Assembly (NCBI GenBank): GCA_047973205.1
Contig: JBKEBO010000065.1
Coordinates: forward strand, 4,540 to 68,539
From: Alphaproteobacteria bacterium
Lineage (GTDB): Bacteria; Pseudomonadota; Alphaproteobacteria; JBKEAR01
Length of the DNA stretch: 64,000 nt
Direction of reading: 5' to 3'
This document shows, one piece after another, positions 29,163 through 39,488 of this stretch. Both the position numbers and the translations under genes were made by a program. The number at the start of each line of letters is the position of its first letter. Position 1 is the first letter of the stretch. The notes under the pieces are model-generated. The model saw nothing but the letters and a program-made list of their open reading frames with translations, searched no databases and had not been told where the DNA came from.

Positions 29163-30104
29163 ATGAAAGCATTTGTTTTTCCTGGTCAGGGAAGTCAAAA
29201 GATAGGTATGGGCAAAGAAATGGCCGAAAATTTCACATCAGCTCGTATGGTTTTTGAAGAAGTTAATGACGCTCTTTCTTTTGATTTATATGAGTTAATG
29301 ACACAAGGTGATGCTGCAGAGCTTAATAAAACTGCAAATACTCAGCCTGCATTAATGGCAACAAGCTTGGCCGCTTTAAGGGCTTTAGAAGAAGCTTCGG
29401 GACAAAAGATAGAAGAGCTGGCTCATATGGTTGCAGGCCATTCTTTGGGGGAATATTCGGCTCTTGCTGCGGTAGATGCTATATCGGTTGGTGATGCAGC
29501 TAAGTTATTACGTCTTCGTGGTCAAGCAATGCAGCGAGCCGTATCAGAGGGGGTTGGAGCCATGGCCGTTGTTTTGGGCTTAAACTTTGATGATGTTGAT
29601 GCTATAGCGAAAGAGGCAACCTTGATAATGGATAATATTGTGGTTGCTGCTAATGATAATGCGGATGGTCAGGTGGTGTTATCTGGTTATAAAGCTGCTG
29701 TGGAAAAAGCAGGGGAGCTAGCAAAAGAAAGAGGGGCAAAGCGTGTGTTGCCATTGCCTGTGAGTGTTCCGTCTCATAGTCCACTTATGAGCCCTGCTTT
29801 TAATGAAATGAAAGAAGCTTTGGCTGAAATAACATTTAAACCACTTAAATTACCTTTAATTGCCAATGTGACGGCTCAAAAGGTTGAAGATATAGCGGAT
29901 ATGCCAGACTTACTTGTACAACAACTTGTTGATACGGTACGTTGGAGGGAAAGTGTGCAATATATGGCTTCACAAGATATTGATTGCTTGGTTGAAATTG
30001 GTAGTGGTAAGGTGCTTTCGGGCTTAACTCGTCGGATTAATCAAGATTTAGCATCAGCCAATATTGAGAATCCTACAGATATTGATAAATTTTTAAATGG
30101 ATAA
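29163..30104 (+). CDS. fabD: Malonyl-CoA-ACP transacylase
   Basis: FVFPGQGSQ start and GHSLGEYSAL active-site serine motif. Confidence 0.9.
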   Translation: MKAFVFPGQGSQKIGMGKEMAENFTSARMVFEEVNDALSFDLYELMTQGDAAELNKTANTQPALMATSLAALRALEEASGQKIEELAHMVAGHSLGEYSALAAVDAISVGDAAKLLRLRGQAMQRAVSEGVGAMAVVLGLNFDDVDAIAKEATLIMDNIVVAANDNADGQVVLSGYKAAVEKAGELAKERGAKRVLPLPVSVPSHSPLMSPAFNEMKEALAEITFKPLKLPLIANVTAQKVEDIADMPDLLVQQLVDTVRWRESVQYMASQDIDCLVEIGSGKVLSGLTRRINQDLASANIENPTDIDKFLNG

Positions 30105-30141
30105 AAAAGCTTTTATAAAAGCTTTGTAAGGAGAATAAAAT

Positions 30142-30882
30142 ATGTTTGATTTATCAGGAAAGTTAGCTCTTGTAACAGGAGCTTCAGGCGGAATAGGCCG
30201 TGCTATTGCGGTGAGTTTAGCCGCTCAAGGAGCAAAAGTTTTGCTCGCAGGGCGAAATATAGAAGCTTTAGAAGAAACTAAAAAAGCTATCTCAGGCGAT
30301 GCAATTGTACTAGCTGCGGCTGATTTAAGTTCGGCTGAAGGCATTAAAGCTTTAATGACAGCCGCCTTAGAACATGGTGAAGCTATCGATATTTTAGTCA
30401 ATAATGCAGGCTTTACTAAAGATGGTTTAGCAATGCGAATGAAAGCTGAGGATTGGCAATCGGTTCTAGATGTAAACCTAACAGCTCCTTTTATGCTAGC
30501 TCAAGCCGCCATAAAAGGAATGATGAAAAAACGTACAGGGCGTATCATCAATATTAGCTCTATTGTGGGAACAACAGGTAATCCAGGGCAAGCCAATTAT
30601 TGTGCAACAAAAGCAGGTATTATTGGTTGGTCAAAATCGCTAGCTCAAGAAATTGCTAGCCGTAATATTACTGTAAATTGTATTTCACCAGGCTTTATTG
30701 CAACACCTATGACCGATGAACTTAACGAAAAGCAAAAAGAGGCTCTTTTAGCCAATATCCCCTTAGGTAAGATGGGCAAGCCCGAAGATATTGCAGCAGC
30801 AGTTGTTTATTTAGCCTCGGATGAAGCCGCATGGGTGACAGGCCAAAACCTCCATATTAATGGCGGAATGGCAATGATTTAA
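30142..30882 (+). CDS. fabG: 3-oxoacyl-ACP reductase
   Basis: TGASGGIGRAIA, NNAG, YCATKAG catalytic motif, 246 aa, between fabD and acpP. Confidence 0.9.
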   Translation: MFDLSGKLALVTGASGGIGRAIAVSLAAQGAKVLLAGRNIEALEETKKAISGDAIVLAAADLSSAEGIKALMTAALEHGEAIDILVNNAGFTKDGLAMRMKAEDWQSVLDVNLTAPFMLAQAAIKGMMKKRTGRIINISSIVGTTGNPGQANYCATKAGIIGWSKSLAQEIASRNITVNCISPGFIATPMTDELNEKQKEALLANIPLGKMGKPEDIAAAVVYLASDEAAWVTGQNLHINGGMAMI

Positions 30883-31069
30883 TGAAAAAATATAAAAAAT
30901 AGGTAGAAAAATATTGCCTTTTTAAATTTTTGAGTTAAATTGTAAAATATGAAGAAATATATACGGACCAATATTTTAGGTGCGTAATTAGAGTATCGTT
31001 TATTTTAAGCGGTTATTATTTAAATTAAAATGTTAAAAGATTTGTAAATCGAAGTAAGGAAAATTAACT

Positions 31070-31306
31070 ATGAGTAATGTAGAAAGCAAAATTGCAGAAA
31101 TCGTATCGGATCGTCTTGGTGTGGAAGTAGAAAAAGTAACAGCGGATGCCTCTTTTATTGATGACCTTAACGCTGATTCTTTAGATATTGTAGAGCTAGT
31201 TATGGCTTTTGAGGAAGAATTCGGTATTGATATCCCTGACGATACTGCCGAAAAGATTCTTACAGTTAAAGATGCGATTTCATTTATTGAAGAAAATAAA
31301 GCATAA
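31070..31306 (+). CDS. acpP: Acyl carrier protein
   Basis: 78 aa with the LNADSLD phosphopantetheine attachment motif. Confidence 0.95.
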   Translation: MSNVESKIAEIVSDRLGVEVEKVTADASFIDDLNADSLDIVELVMAFEEEFGIDIPDDTAEKILTVKDAISFIEENKA

Positions 31307-31362
31307 ATATAACGATAAAATATAGAGATATAATTTCTTCTATAGTTTAAGTTGAATTGAGC

Positions 31363-31396
31363 GTGGCGGCGGGATGAAAAAACTTCCCGCCGTCGC
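31363..31396 (+). promoter_or_regulatory. GC-rich stem-loop between acpP and fabF, attenuator or processing site
   Basis: cggcggga-tgaaaaaact-tcccgccg perfect 8-bp stem, extendable with wobble pairs. It is unusually GC-rich for this genome and has no strong T-run. Confidence 0.45.
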
Positions 31397-31480
31397 TTGC
31401 GTCTCTATAGCATTCTCTGTTATAATAGAAGTATTGAAGCGTAAGCTATATTTTTTTAGTAATGTAAAGCGAGGTTAAAT

Positions 31481-32740
31481 ATGCGACGAGTTGTCGTTAC
31501 AGGAATGGGTATTGTTTCTCCATTAGGCATTGGTGTTGACCATGTATGGAAGCGATTAATTAATGGTGAGAGTGGTCTGGCTAAAATTGAACATTTTGAT
31601 GTATCGGATTTATCATGTCAAATTGCAGGTTTAATTCCTAAAGGTGAACTTTCGGAAGGTAAATTTAACCAAGATGATTGGATTTCACCGAAAGATGCCC
31701 GCCGCGTGGATGACTTTATTATCTACGGCTTAGCTGCAGCTCAACAAGCGATTGAAGATTCAGGCTGGATAATTGAAAATGATGAGCAGGCTTGCCGTAC
31801 AGGTGTTTATGTTGGCTCAGGCATTGGTGGTCTGCAAACCATTGATAGAGGCTCAGAAACAATGCGTCAGAGTGCACGTCGCCTTAGCCCGTTTTTTATT
31901 CCTGCGGCACTCATTAACCTTATATCGGGTCAAGTTTCCATTAAATATGGTTTTAAAGGGCCAAATTCAGCCGTTGTTAGTGCTTGTGCTACAGGAACAC
32001 ATTCTATCGGTGATGCGGCTCGGATGATTGCTTTGGATGATGCAGATGTGATGATTGCAGGTGGTGCGGAGGCTTCTGTTTGCCGTATTGGTCTTCAAGG
32101 TTTTGCTCAAGCTAAGGCTCTTTCTACTGGTTATAATGATAATCCAACGCAAGGCTCTCGTCCTTGGGATGAAGGGCGTGATGGTTTTGTTATGGGTGAG
32201 GGTGCAGGTATTGTCGTTTTAGAAGAATATGAACATGCCAAAGCTCGTGGAGCTAAAATTTATGCCGAAGTTGCAGGCTATGGTATGAGTGGTGATGCTC
32301 ATCATATCACGGCTCCATCTCCTGATGGAAACGGAGCAAGACGCTGCATGCAAGCGGCCTTACGCTCAGCAAAGCTCACAACAGCAGATGTAGATTATGT
32401 GAATGCCCACGGTACATCTACGCCATTGGGTGATATGGGTGAGTTTAATGCGGTTAAAACAACCTTTGGTGAAGATGTTAAAAATATCAGTATGTCTTCA
32501 ACAAAATCAGCCATAGGCCATCTTTTAGGAGCTGCAGGTGCGGTGGAAGCTATTTTCTCGATTAAGGCTATTGATACAGGAATAATACCACCAACATTAA
32601 ACCTAAAAAACCCATCAGAAGGTACTGAAGATATTGATCTTGTTCCTCTTAAGGCAAAAAAGAGAGAAGTCAATGTGGCTCTTTCCAATAGTTTTGGTTT
32701 TGGTGGCACAAATGCCTCCCTTGTTTTCAAAAAGGTATAA
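31481..32740 (+). CDS. fabF: 3-oxoacyl-ACP synthase II
   Basis: 419 aa, active-site Cys region AVVSACATGTHSIG, His motifs NAHGTSTPLGD and GHLLGAAG. Confidence 0.9.
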   Translation: MRRVVVTGMGIVSPLGIGVDHVWKRLINGESGLAKIEHFDVSDLSCQIAGLIPKGELSEGKFNQDDWISPKDARRVDDFIIYGLAAAQQAIEDSGWIIENDEQACRTGVYVGSGIGGLQTIDRGSETMRQSARRLSPFFIPAALINLISGQVSIKYGFKGPNSAVVSACATGTHSIGDAARMIALDDADVMIAGGAEASVCRIGLQGFAQAKALSTGYNDNPTQGSRPWDEGRDGFVMGEGAGIVVLEEYEHAKARGAKIYAEVAGYGMSGDAHHITAPSPDGNGARRCMQAALRSAKLTTADVDYVNAHGTSTPLGDMGEFNAVKTTFGEDVKNISMSSTKSAIGHLLGAAGAVEAIFSIKAIDTGIIPPTLNLKNPSEGTEDIDLVPLKAKKREVNVALSNSFGFGGTNASLVFKKV

Positions 32741-32749
32741 ATAAAACAG

Positions 32750-33766
32750 ATGCTAGAAGCTTTATTAGGACGATTACTTGCACTCATCATTGTGTTGGGG
32801 CTTATTGTGGGTGGTGTGGCTATTGGAGGCTATAAATATGTTCATAGCCGTCTTGATGTTAAAGATGCGGTTCTGAATGAGGGAACATTTACAATTCCTC
32901 GTGGTGCAACAGCAAGCCGTGTCATAGGGGCATTGCAAGATGAAGGCTTTATCTCTTCGGAAGGGCTTTTTCCTCCATCGGATGGGCTTGTTTTAACTTT
33001 AGCTACAAAAGCGGAATTAATTAGGCCTCAGATTAAAGCAGGCGAGTATAATATTCCTACAGGCTTAAGTCTTCAAGAGCTACTGGATTATCTCTCTGAT
33101 GGTTCTCATGCAATCCAGCATCAGGTTACTTTTCCTGAAGGGTGGCGTTCGGCTCAGATTTTAGAGCGGCTTAAGGCCAATAGTATTTTGGTTGGGCAAG
33201 TTCCTAATGTTTTGCCTGAGGGGCGTTATTTAACAGATACATGGAGCTTTGAGCGGGGTGATACTCGTCAAGAAGTTCTTAACCGTATGCATCAAGCTCA
33301 AAATGATTTGCTCAATGAACTTTGGGATAACCGTGATAAAGAACTTCCGATAAAAACTAAAGAAGAAGCTATTATTTTAGCCTCGATAGTGGAGCGAGAA
33401 ACTGCAAAGCCCGAAGAACGTCCGATGGTGGCAAGTGTTTATATTAATCGTTTAAAGCAGGATATGAAGCTGGATGCAGACCCAACTGTAGCCTATGGGG
33501 CGGGTAAGTTTGGTAGCGATGCACCGCTAACACGTTCTGATTTGCAAAATAAGAATAATCCTTATAATACATATATTTATAAGGGGCTTCCTCCTGGACC
33601 AATTGCTAATCCTGGTCGAGGAGCAATTGAGGCAGTCCTTAAGCCTGCAACCTCAGACTATATCTTCTTTGTGGCTGATGGTACGGGTGGGCATATTTTT
33701 GCTAAAACCTATAAAGAACATCAGCAAAATGTAGCGAAGTGGCGGAAAATCCAAGAGAATCAGTAA
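32750..33766 (+). CDS. mltG: Endolytic murein transglycosylase (YceG family)
   Basis: N-terminal TM helix and a conserved YceG core (PEGW...IVERE..PEERP). It is downstream of fabF as in other alphaproteobacteria. Confidence 0.85.
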   Translation: MLEALLGRLLALIIVLGLIVGGVAIGGYKYVHSRLDVKDAVLNEGTFTIPRGATASRVIGALQDEGFISSEGLFPPSDGLVLTLATKAELIRPQIKAGEYNIPTGLSLQELLDYLSDGSHAIQHQVTFPEGWRSAQILERLKANSILVGQVPNVLPEGRYLTDTWSFERGDTRQEVLNRMHQAQNDLLNELWDNRDKELPIKTKEEAIILASIVERETAKPEERPMVASVYINRLKQDMKLDADPTVAYGAGKFGSDAPLTRSDLQNKNNPYNTYIYKGLPPGPIANPGRGAIEAVLKPATSDYIFFVADGTGGHIFAKTYKEHQQNVAKWRKIQENQ

Positions 33767-33781
33767 TTATATACTATCTTG

Positions 33782-34549
33782 CTAATCCTCTTTATGGGGC
33801 ATGCGAGTGACAATCCATGATTGTAAGGGGCGAGGGAGTATAGATAAAAATGATAAAGCAAAATACATTGGCCAAGGAAAAGCAATGCGAGCTTTCTTTC
33901 GGCTTAAGCCTGAGATAATAATCTGTGCAGCTTTATCAGCCTCCATAAAAAAAGGCATTGTGTAATTATTGGCATCGGTAATACGTGAACGAACAAAACC
34001 AGGGCAAATCACTGAAAGATGGATATTATTTTTCTTTAAGCTCGGTCGTATGGCATCTCCCCAAGTTAAAATAGCCGATTTACTCGCTGAATAAGCAGGC
34101 GAGGGCGGTAGAGGTAAAAAAGAAGCCATAGAGCCAACAAGTCCGATATGGCCTTTTTTTCGCTGTATCATTGCATCTAAGATAGGTTCTAATGTATTGA
34201 GAACACCTGTAACATTAACGGCGTTAATCGCACGTAACCTTGTTGCAGGGTTTGGGGTGTTTATATGATTACCAGCAATGCCTGCATTGGCTATAATAAG
34301 GTCAAAAGGGTTGGCTGCATCCCACTGTTTTAGAGCCTCAGCAAGAGTTTCTTGCTGGGTAACATCAATATTGGAAGTATAAACGCTTGCTCCTTTGGTG
34401 CTACATTGGGCTTTAACTTCATTGAGGCGTTCTTCATTGCGAGCTGTTAGATGAAGAATAACATTAGGAGCCGCTAACTCTAAGGCAATAGCCGCACCAA
34501 TGCCCGAAGAAGCTCCTGTAATCAAAATAGATGAAAATTTTGTATCCAT
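33782..34549 (-). CDS. SDR family oxidoreductase
   Basis: TGASSGIGAAIA, NAG, YSASK motifs, 255 aa. Confidence 0.8.
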   Translation of the reverse strand: MDTKFSSILITGASSGIGAAIALELAAPNVILHLTARNEERLNEVKAQCSTKGASVYTSNIDVTQQETLAEALKQWDAANPFDLIIANAGIAGNHINTPNPATRLRAINAVNVTGVLNTLEPILDAMIQRKKGHIGLVGSMASFLPLPPSPAYSASKSAILTWGDAIRPSLKKNNIHLSVICPGFVRSRITDANNYTMPFFMEADKAAQIIISGLSRKKARIAFPWPMYFALSFLSILPRPLQSWIVTRMPHKED

Positions 34550-34633
34550 ATTTAAAAATACCTTAACTCATTTACATTTATCTTATTTTATGCCATAAAT
34601 GAGTGAATATTGATAGAAAAAGTAATATTCACC

Positions 34634-35260
34634 ATGATAAAAGAACTCACACATGAGCCTTTTGCCCTTATTTTAACGGGGGCAAGCGGGGCAGGCAAAG
34701 GCACTATTGGTAAGGCCTTGCGGAAAGAATTTTCAAGTCTAAAGTTAAGTGTTTCGGCTACAACAAGAGCCAAACGCCCTGGGGAAGTTGAGGGTGTTGA
34801 TTACTTTTTTTATAGCCAAGAAGAGTTTATGCAGGCCATAAAAGATGAAAAAATGATGGAATGGGCTGAGGTTTTTGGTCAATATTATGGAACGCCCCTA
34901 AAGCCTGTTTTAGATGATTTTGCAAAGAGCCATGATGTTCTATTTGATATTGATTGGCAAGGAGCTCGTCAAATCAAAGAAAAACTTGGTATACGTGCGA
35001 TTAATATTCATATTTTACCACCAAGTAAAGAGATATTAAAACAGCGTCTGATTGAGCGTGGGCAAGATAGTATGGAGGTTATTGAAGGGCGTATGGTAAA
35101 GGCAGCCTCAGAGATATCCCACTGGAAAGATTGCGACTATGTGATTGTTAATCATGAGCTTGAGGCAGCTATAAAAGAAGCCAAAGTCATATTTTTAGCC
35201 GAATGCCGTCGTCGTATTCGTCTGAACTATCTTGATGGTATCGCCAAAGAATTTGAATAA
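34634..35260 (+). CDS. gmk: Guanylate kinase
   Basis: P-loop GASGAGKGT and the guanylate kinase core. The track ORF starts at a TTG at 34610. The first ATG is at 34634, so the start is ambiguous. Confidence 0.8.
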   Translation: MIKELTHEPFALILTGASGAGKGTIGKALRKEFSSLKLSVSATTRAKRPGEVEGVDYFFYSQEEFMQAIKDEKMMEWAEVFGQYYGTPLKPVLDDFAKSHDVLFDIDWQGARQIKEKLGIRAINIHILPPSKEILKQRLIERGQDSMEVIEGRMVKAASEISHWKDCDYVIVNHELEAAIKEAKVIFLAECRRRIRLNYLDGIAKEFE

Positions 35261-35305
35261 CATACTGCGTGTGGGCAATTAACTACTATTATGCTTAGAG
35301 TATGT

Positions 35306-36154
35306 TTAGGAAGTTTTAGTGGTCAGTGATGGATGATTGGTATCTTCCAGATATTTTGCTATTTTACCAAAATCTTCAATATCAAGCTCTTCAGGACGAA
35401 GGGTTGGATTAATATCAAGTGTTTCCCATGGGATATCAAATGATTTAAGGCTACGTTTAAGCATTTTTCGTCGCATATTAAAAGCTGCGGCAACAACAAA
35501 TTCCATAGATTTAAAAGAAACATTAAATAAAGGCTGAGGACGAGGAGTAACAATAATAACAGCAGAATCGACCTTGGGGGGTGGTGTAAAAGCTGCAGGG
35601 GGTACTTTTAAAGCAAGCTGGGTTTTGCATAACCAATTGGTCATAACGGCTAAACGTCCGTAATGTTTATCACCTTTTTGGGCACAAATGCGAAGAGCCA
35701 CTTCTTTTTGGAACATTAAAACAAGTTCTTCAAACTTTTGAATATCTTTAAGCCAACCAATGAGTAAAACTGTACCAATATTATAGGGAAGGTTGCTTAA
35801 CAGCGTTATTTTATTACTAGGAAATAGAGCTGGAATATCAACTTTTAAAGCATCACCCCAATGAATTTGGATAGATGGAGCAATATCGCTAAGGGGAATA
35901 AGCATAGGGGCAAAGTCCTTATCCATCTCTATCATGGTAAAAGCCTTTGGATTACGGCTTATAATGGCTCGACTTAAGCCGCCAGGACCAGGGCCAACTT
36001 CAGCCACATATTTTCCCTCAACATGTTGGGTTAAAGCTGCAATTTTATAACAGAAATTCTCATCAAGTAGAAAATGTTGCCCAAAAGATTTTTTTGCCCA
36101 TAAGTTATTTTGCTTAAGGCCATCGGATAATTTGGGTAGATGAGAAAGAACCAT
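35306..36154 (-). CDS. rsmA: 16S rRNA (adenine1518/1519-N6) dimethyltransferase
   Basis: KSFGQHFL start, SAM motif VGPGPGGLS, NLPYNI motif. Confidence 0.85.
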   Translation of the reverse strand: MVLSHLPKLSDGLKQNNLWAKKSFGQHFLLDENFCYKIAALTQHVEGKYVAEVGPGPGGLSRAIISRNPKAFTMIEMDKDFAPMLIPLSDIAPSIQIHWGDALKVDIPALFPSNKITLLSNLPYNIGTVLLIGWLKDIQKFEELVLMFQKEVALRICAQKGDKHYGRLAVMTNWLCKTQLALKVPPAAFTPPPKVDSAVIIVTPRPQPLFNVSFKSMEFVVAAAFNMRRKMLKRSLKSFDIPWETLDINPTLRPEELDIEDFGKIAKYLEDTNHPSLTTKTS

Positions 36155-36160
36155 TATAAT

Positions 36161-37102
36161 TTAGCGGATATCGATATAAGCAGAGCGGCGTAATTCTTCA
36201 CCCGTTGTTGCGGCCTGACGAGCAATAGCATCATTTTTCCATTGCATTGCAATGCGTTCTCTTAAGCCTTCGAGTTCGCTTTCATCTGTGGAAGAAACAC
36301 TACGTTTTTTAAGAAGGCGATAGATGTAATATCCATTAGCCACTTTGATAGGTTGAGATGTTCCACCAACTTTTAAGCTTGTGATTGCATTATCACGAAT
36401 AGGCTCGTACTGACCTTTAACAACCCAGCCAACAATGCCATCTTCGGTACGAGAAGGAGCTTCGGAAAAACTACGAGCTAGTTCACCAAATCGAGCAGAA
36501 TTTAAAGATAAAGAACGAACACGGTTTGCAGTGGCTTTTGCATCAGCCTCAAGACTTTGGGCACGAATAGGAATGAATATTTCGGCAAGAAGATACTCAG
36601 TTACAGGGCCTTTTTCTTTAAGTTGTTTTTCTAAGATACGCTCAACCTCAACAGGGCTATCCTTAATTTGTGGAACAATGCGAGCACGAACATAATTACG
36701 CCATGCTAATTGGGCTCGAATTTGATTTTTAAAATGTTCGATACTAACACCTTGAGAAGCAAACATTTTATCTAATGTTCCCGCAGGCATTTTGTTGTTT
36801 TGCTCAATGGTATTAACCGCATGCTCAACTTCGGCTTCATCAACTGAAAGTCCTACAGAGCGAGCTGAAGACATTTTAATCTTTTCATCAATAAGCCCAT
36901 CAAGAATATCATTTTGGAGCTTTGCCATGCCATTTTGAGCGGCTTGACCATTAGAGATAAGCAAGGCTAGCTTAGTTCGCTGCTCAACTTCGGATGTTGT
37001 AATAATGTCGTCATTAACAACAGCCCTAATTCCAGATGCCGTGGCACTCAAAGCAAGTATAGGCAATAGAGTTATAAGAAATAATTGACGAATAAAACGC
37101 AT
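36161..37102 (-). CDS. surA: SurA-like periplasmic chaperone / parvulin PPIase
   Basis: Signal peptide, SurA N-terminal domain, C-terminal parvulin region. It sits between rsmA and lptD as in other proteobacteria. Confidence 0.7.
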   Translation of the reverse strand: MRFIRQLFLITLLPILALSATASGIRAVVNDDIITTSEVEQRTKLALLISNGQAAQNGMAKLQNDILDGLIDEKIKMSSARSVGLSVDEAEVEHAVNTIEQNNKMPAGTLDKMFASQGVSIEHFKNQIRAQLAWRNYVRARIVPQIKDSPVEVERILEKQLKEKGPVTEYLLAEIFIPIRAQSLEADAKATANRVRSLSLNSARFGELARSFSEAPSRTEDGIVGWVVKGQYEPIRDNAITSLKVGGTSQPIKVANGYYIYRLLKKRSVSSTDESELEGLRERIAMQWKNDAIARQAATTGEELRRSAYIDIR

Positions 37103-37173
37103 GAGGTTCGACCCTTTACTTTTATATTTAGATAATCATACAATAACCAACTGTACTTAAAAGTACAAGTAGT

Positions 37174-39462
37174 TTATAGGCTTAAATTTAAGTCTCCCAA
37201 TGTTTTTAAGCTGAACTGAACACCAAAGGTATTTTCTTCATCGCCACCACTTTTCCATTCTCTTTTATAAAAAGCACCTAAGGCGATACATTCATTTTCC
37301 CAATAAAAGCTAGCTCTTGCTTCTTTAGGACGAGAATCTGTAGTTTGTTGTAAATCTTGTACAACATAGCCGTTAAGGCGAAATTGCTCGGATATTCGGG
37401 TGGAAAGACCAAGGCGAAGTTCTTCGGTAACCTTATTATTTTCAAGGTCATCAAACCATGTATAATAGCCTGAAACTTTTAAGGATTGTGGGCCTACAGC
37501 TCCACCAAAATCAAGGCGGCGGATAGAGAAGTCTTTTTGGTCAAATCGGCCATTAGAGCTTAAAGAAAACCAATTGACAGGATAAATCTCAAGTTGAGTG
37601 ACAATATCGGAAAATTCACTATCAAGACCAGAATTTTCATCAGCATCAAATTGACCATTATAATTAGGACGCCAAACTTGCCCTACCTGAAAACGACTAT
37701 AACCTGCCTGAGCAAGGTCAATAGAGCCGCGTAGGCCATAGTTAATCCGAAGCCCACCCTCATCACGGTCAAAACCTGAAAAACGGTTGCTTGTGAACAG
37801 ATTATTTCCCGTAAGTTCAAAGTCTTGACTATCCTCGTTAGGGACAAATTTATAGTCTTTAGCATCATATTCAGGAGACCATATGGCTTGAACAACAGGC
37901 TCTAAGGTAATGGTAGAGTAAGGTGAATAACGCACAACAGGATAGCTTAAGCCCATTTGAATATTTGGACGTATTTGGCTGACCCCTTGAGATAAATCCT
38001 CGCCATGAACATAATAATCTTTATTGAGCCAATGAAGAGCAGTTAGGGAAGTATCAAAACTATACTCTTCTCCAAGCATGCCAAACCAATGTCCAGCCCA
38101 GCCTGCTTTAGCCATAAAACGTTGGCTTTGTCTGGGGGTATCTACCGATAGATTTCTTGGTGTTTTAGAGCTATCAACAGAAGTTTCTCTATAAAGGGAA
38201 CGAGACTGAAGAGAAAGATAGCTATTGCCACCAAAATAATCTTTAGAACTTTGCCAGTCAAAGCTTACTTCGGGCAAAATAGTGGGGACATATTTTTGAT
38301 TGATACCTGTGTCTTCTGTTTGGAAATAAATACTTTGTGCCTGAAACCAACTATCATAGCCACGGCGTTCTAAAGTAATGTTTGACTGTAAAAAACCAGC
38401 CTTGTCAACTTCTGTATCAATATCATAATCTTCCAGATAATATTTATCAGATGCGAGGCGAACATTGGATGTTAAAAACCATTTGGGTGCAAGCTGCCAC
38501 CAAAAATGACTGTCAATATCCCAACGAAAATCATCAACTTCTTGTTGTGGTTTATAATCACGATCCGCATATCTGTCCATCGTGCCGCTAAAGTTAATAT
38601 CAAAGCCACCACCAGAAAAACGTTGACGATAACGCGAGGCAAGGCGAGGGTTATCTTTGCTATAAATATAAGGGTTTAAGGTAAGGTCAGCATAATCATT
38701 AACGACAATAAAAAGTGGGAGGCTTCCATAGATACCTAAACGCTCATCATAGCCAAAGCTAGGGGTAAGTAGGCCTGTTTTTCTTTTTACCGTAGGGTCA
38801 GGATAGCCAAACCAAGGAAACCATAATACGGGTTGACCATAAACATCAAAGGTAACATTGCGAGCTGTAATATACTTATTTTGTTGGTCATGAATAACTT
38901 TTTTACTGCGTATCATCCATAAGGGTTTTTTTCCTTTTGTTTCTAGACATTGAGAGCATGGGGTATAAGCGGCATCGTAAAATTGATTATAACGGCCTTT
39001 TACACGTTTGCTTCTTTTGGCCGCAATCAAAGAGCCATCAGGAAGACGGGCGATGAGTTTACTACTAACTGCATCTTTAAAGTCGCCAGAAAGCTCAAAC
39101 TTATCTGTATGAATAATAGTACCATCACTATTTATCGCCTCGATATTGCCAAGGGCATACATGCGGTCTTTTTGGGTGTCATAACGAAAGATATCAGCTT
39201 TAACGGTTTGGTTATCTCTAATGGCGGTAACACGGCCACGAGCTTCGACGATATTGGTTTTTGTATTATAGGTAACCTCTCGTGCAGAAAAATGAGTGGG
39301 GTTATTACTCTTTTGTGAAGAAAATTCTATATTTTGCTCTAAACTATAGGCTTTAGGAGCAAAGGATAGGGAGATGGCCAATATAGAATAAGACAGCATA
39401 TAACATGCGGCTTTTGCAACATGCTGGTGTCTATCTTTACTATTTGTTAACCTTTTAATCAT
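37174..39462 (-). CDS. lptD: LPS-assembly protein LptD
   Basis: 762-aa outer-membrane beta-barrel protein with a signal peptide, an N-terminal OstA-like region and an aromatic-rich C-terminal barrel. It is adjacent to surA. Confidence 0.85.
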   Translation of the reverse strand: MIKRLTNSKDRHQHVAKAACYMLSYSILAISLSFAPKAYSLEQNIEFSSQKSNNPTHFSAREVTYNTKTNIVEARGRVTAIRDNQTVKADIFRYDTQKDRMYALGNIEAINSDGTIIHTDKFELSGDFKDAVSSKLIARLPDGSLIAAKRSKRVKGRYNQFYDAAYTPCSQCLETKGKKPLWMIRSKKVIHDQQNKYITARNVTFDVYGQPVLWFPWFGYPDPTVKRKTGLLTPSFGYDERLGIYGSLPLFIVVNDYADLTLNPYIYSKDNPRLASRYRQRFSGGGFDINFSGTMDRYADRDYKPQQEVDDFRWDIDSHFWWQLAPKWFLTSNVRLASDKYYLEDYDIDTEVDKAGFLQSNITLERRGYDSWFQAQSIYFQTEDTGINQKYVPTILPEVSFDWQSSKDYFGGNSYLSLQSRSLYRETSVDSSKTPRNLSVDTPRQSQRFMAKAGWAGHWFGMLGEEYSFDTSLTALHWLNKDYYVHGEDLSQGVSQIRPNIQMGLSYPVVRYSPYSTITLEPVVQAIWSPEYDAKDYKFVPNEDSQDFELTGNNLFTSNRFSGFDRDEGGLRINYGLRGSIDLAQAGYSRFQVGQVWRPNYNGQFDADENSGLDSEFSDIVTQLEIYPVNWFSLSSNGRFDQKDFSIRRLDFGGAVGPQSLKVSGYYTWFDDLENNKVTEELRLGLSTRISEQFRLNGYVVQDLQQTTDSRPKEARASFYWENECIALGAFYKREWKSGGDEENTFGVQFSLKTLGDLNLSL

Positions 39463-39488
39463 AAGTCCCTTTTCATGTAACCTTAAGG

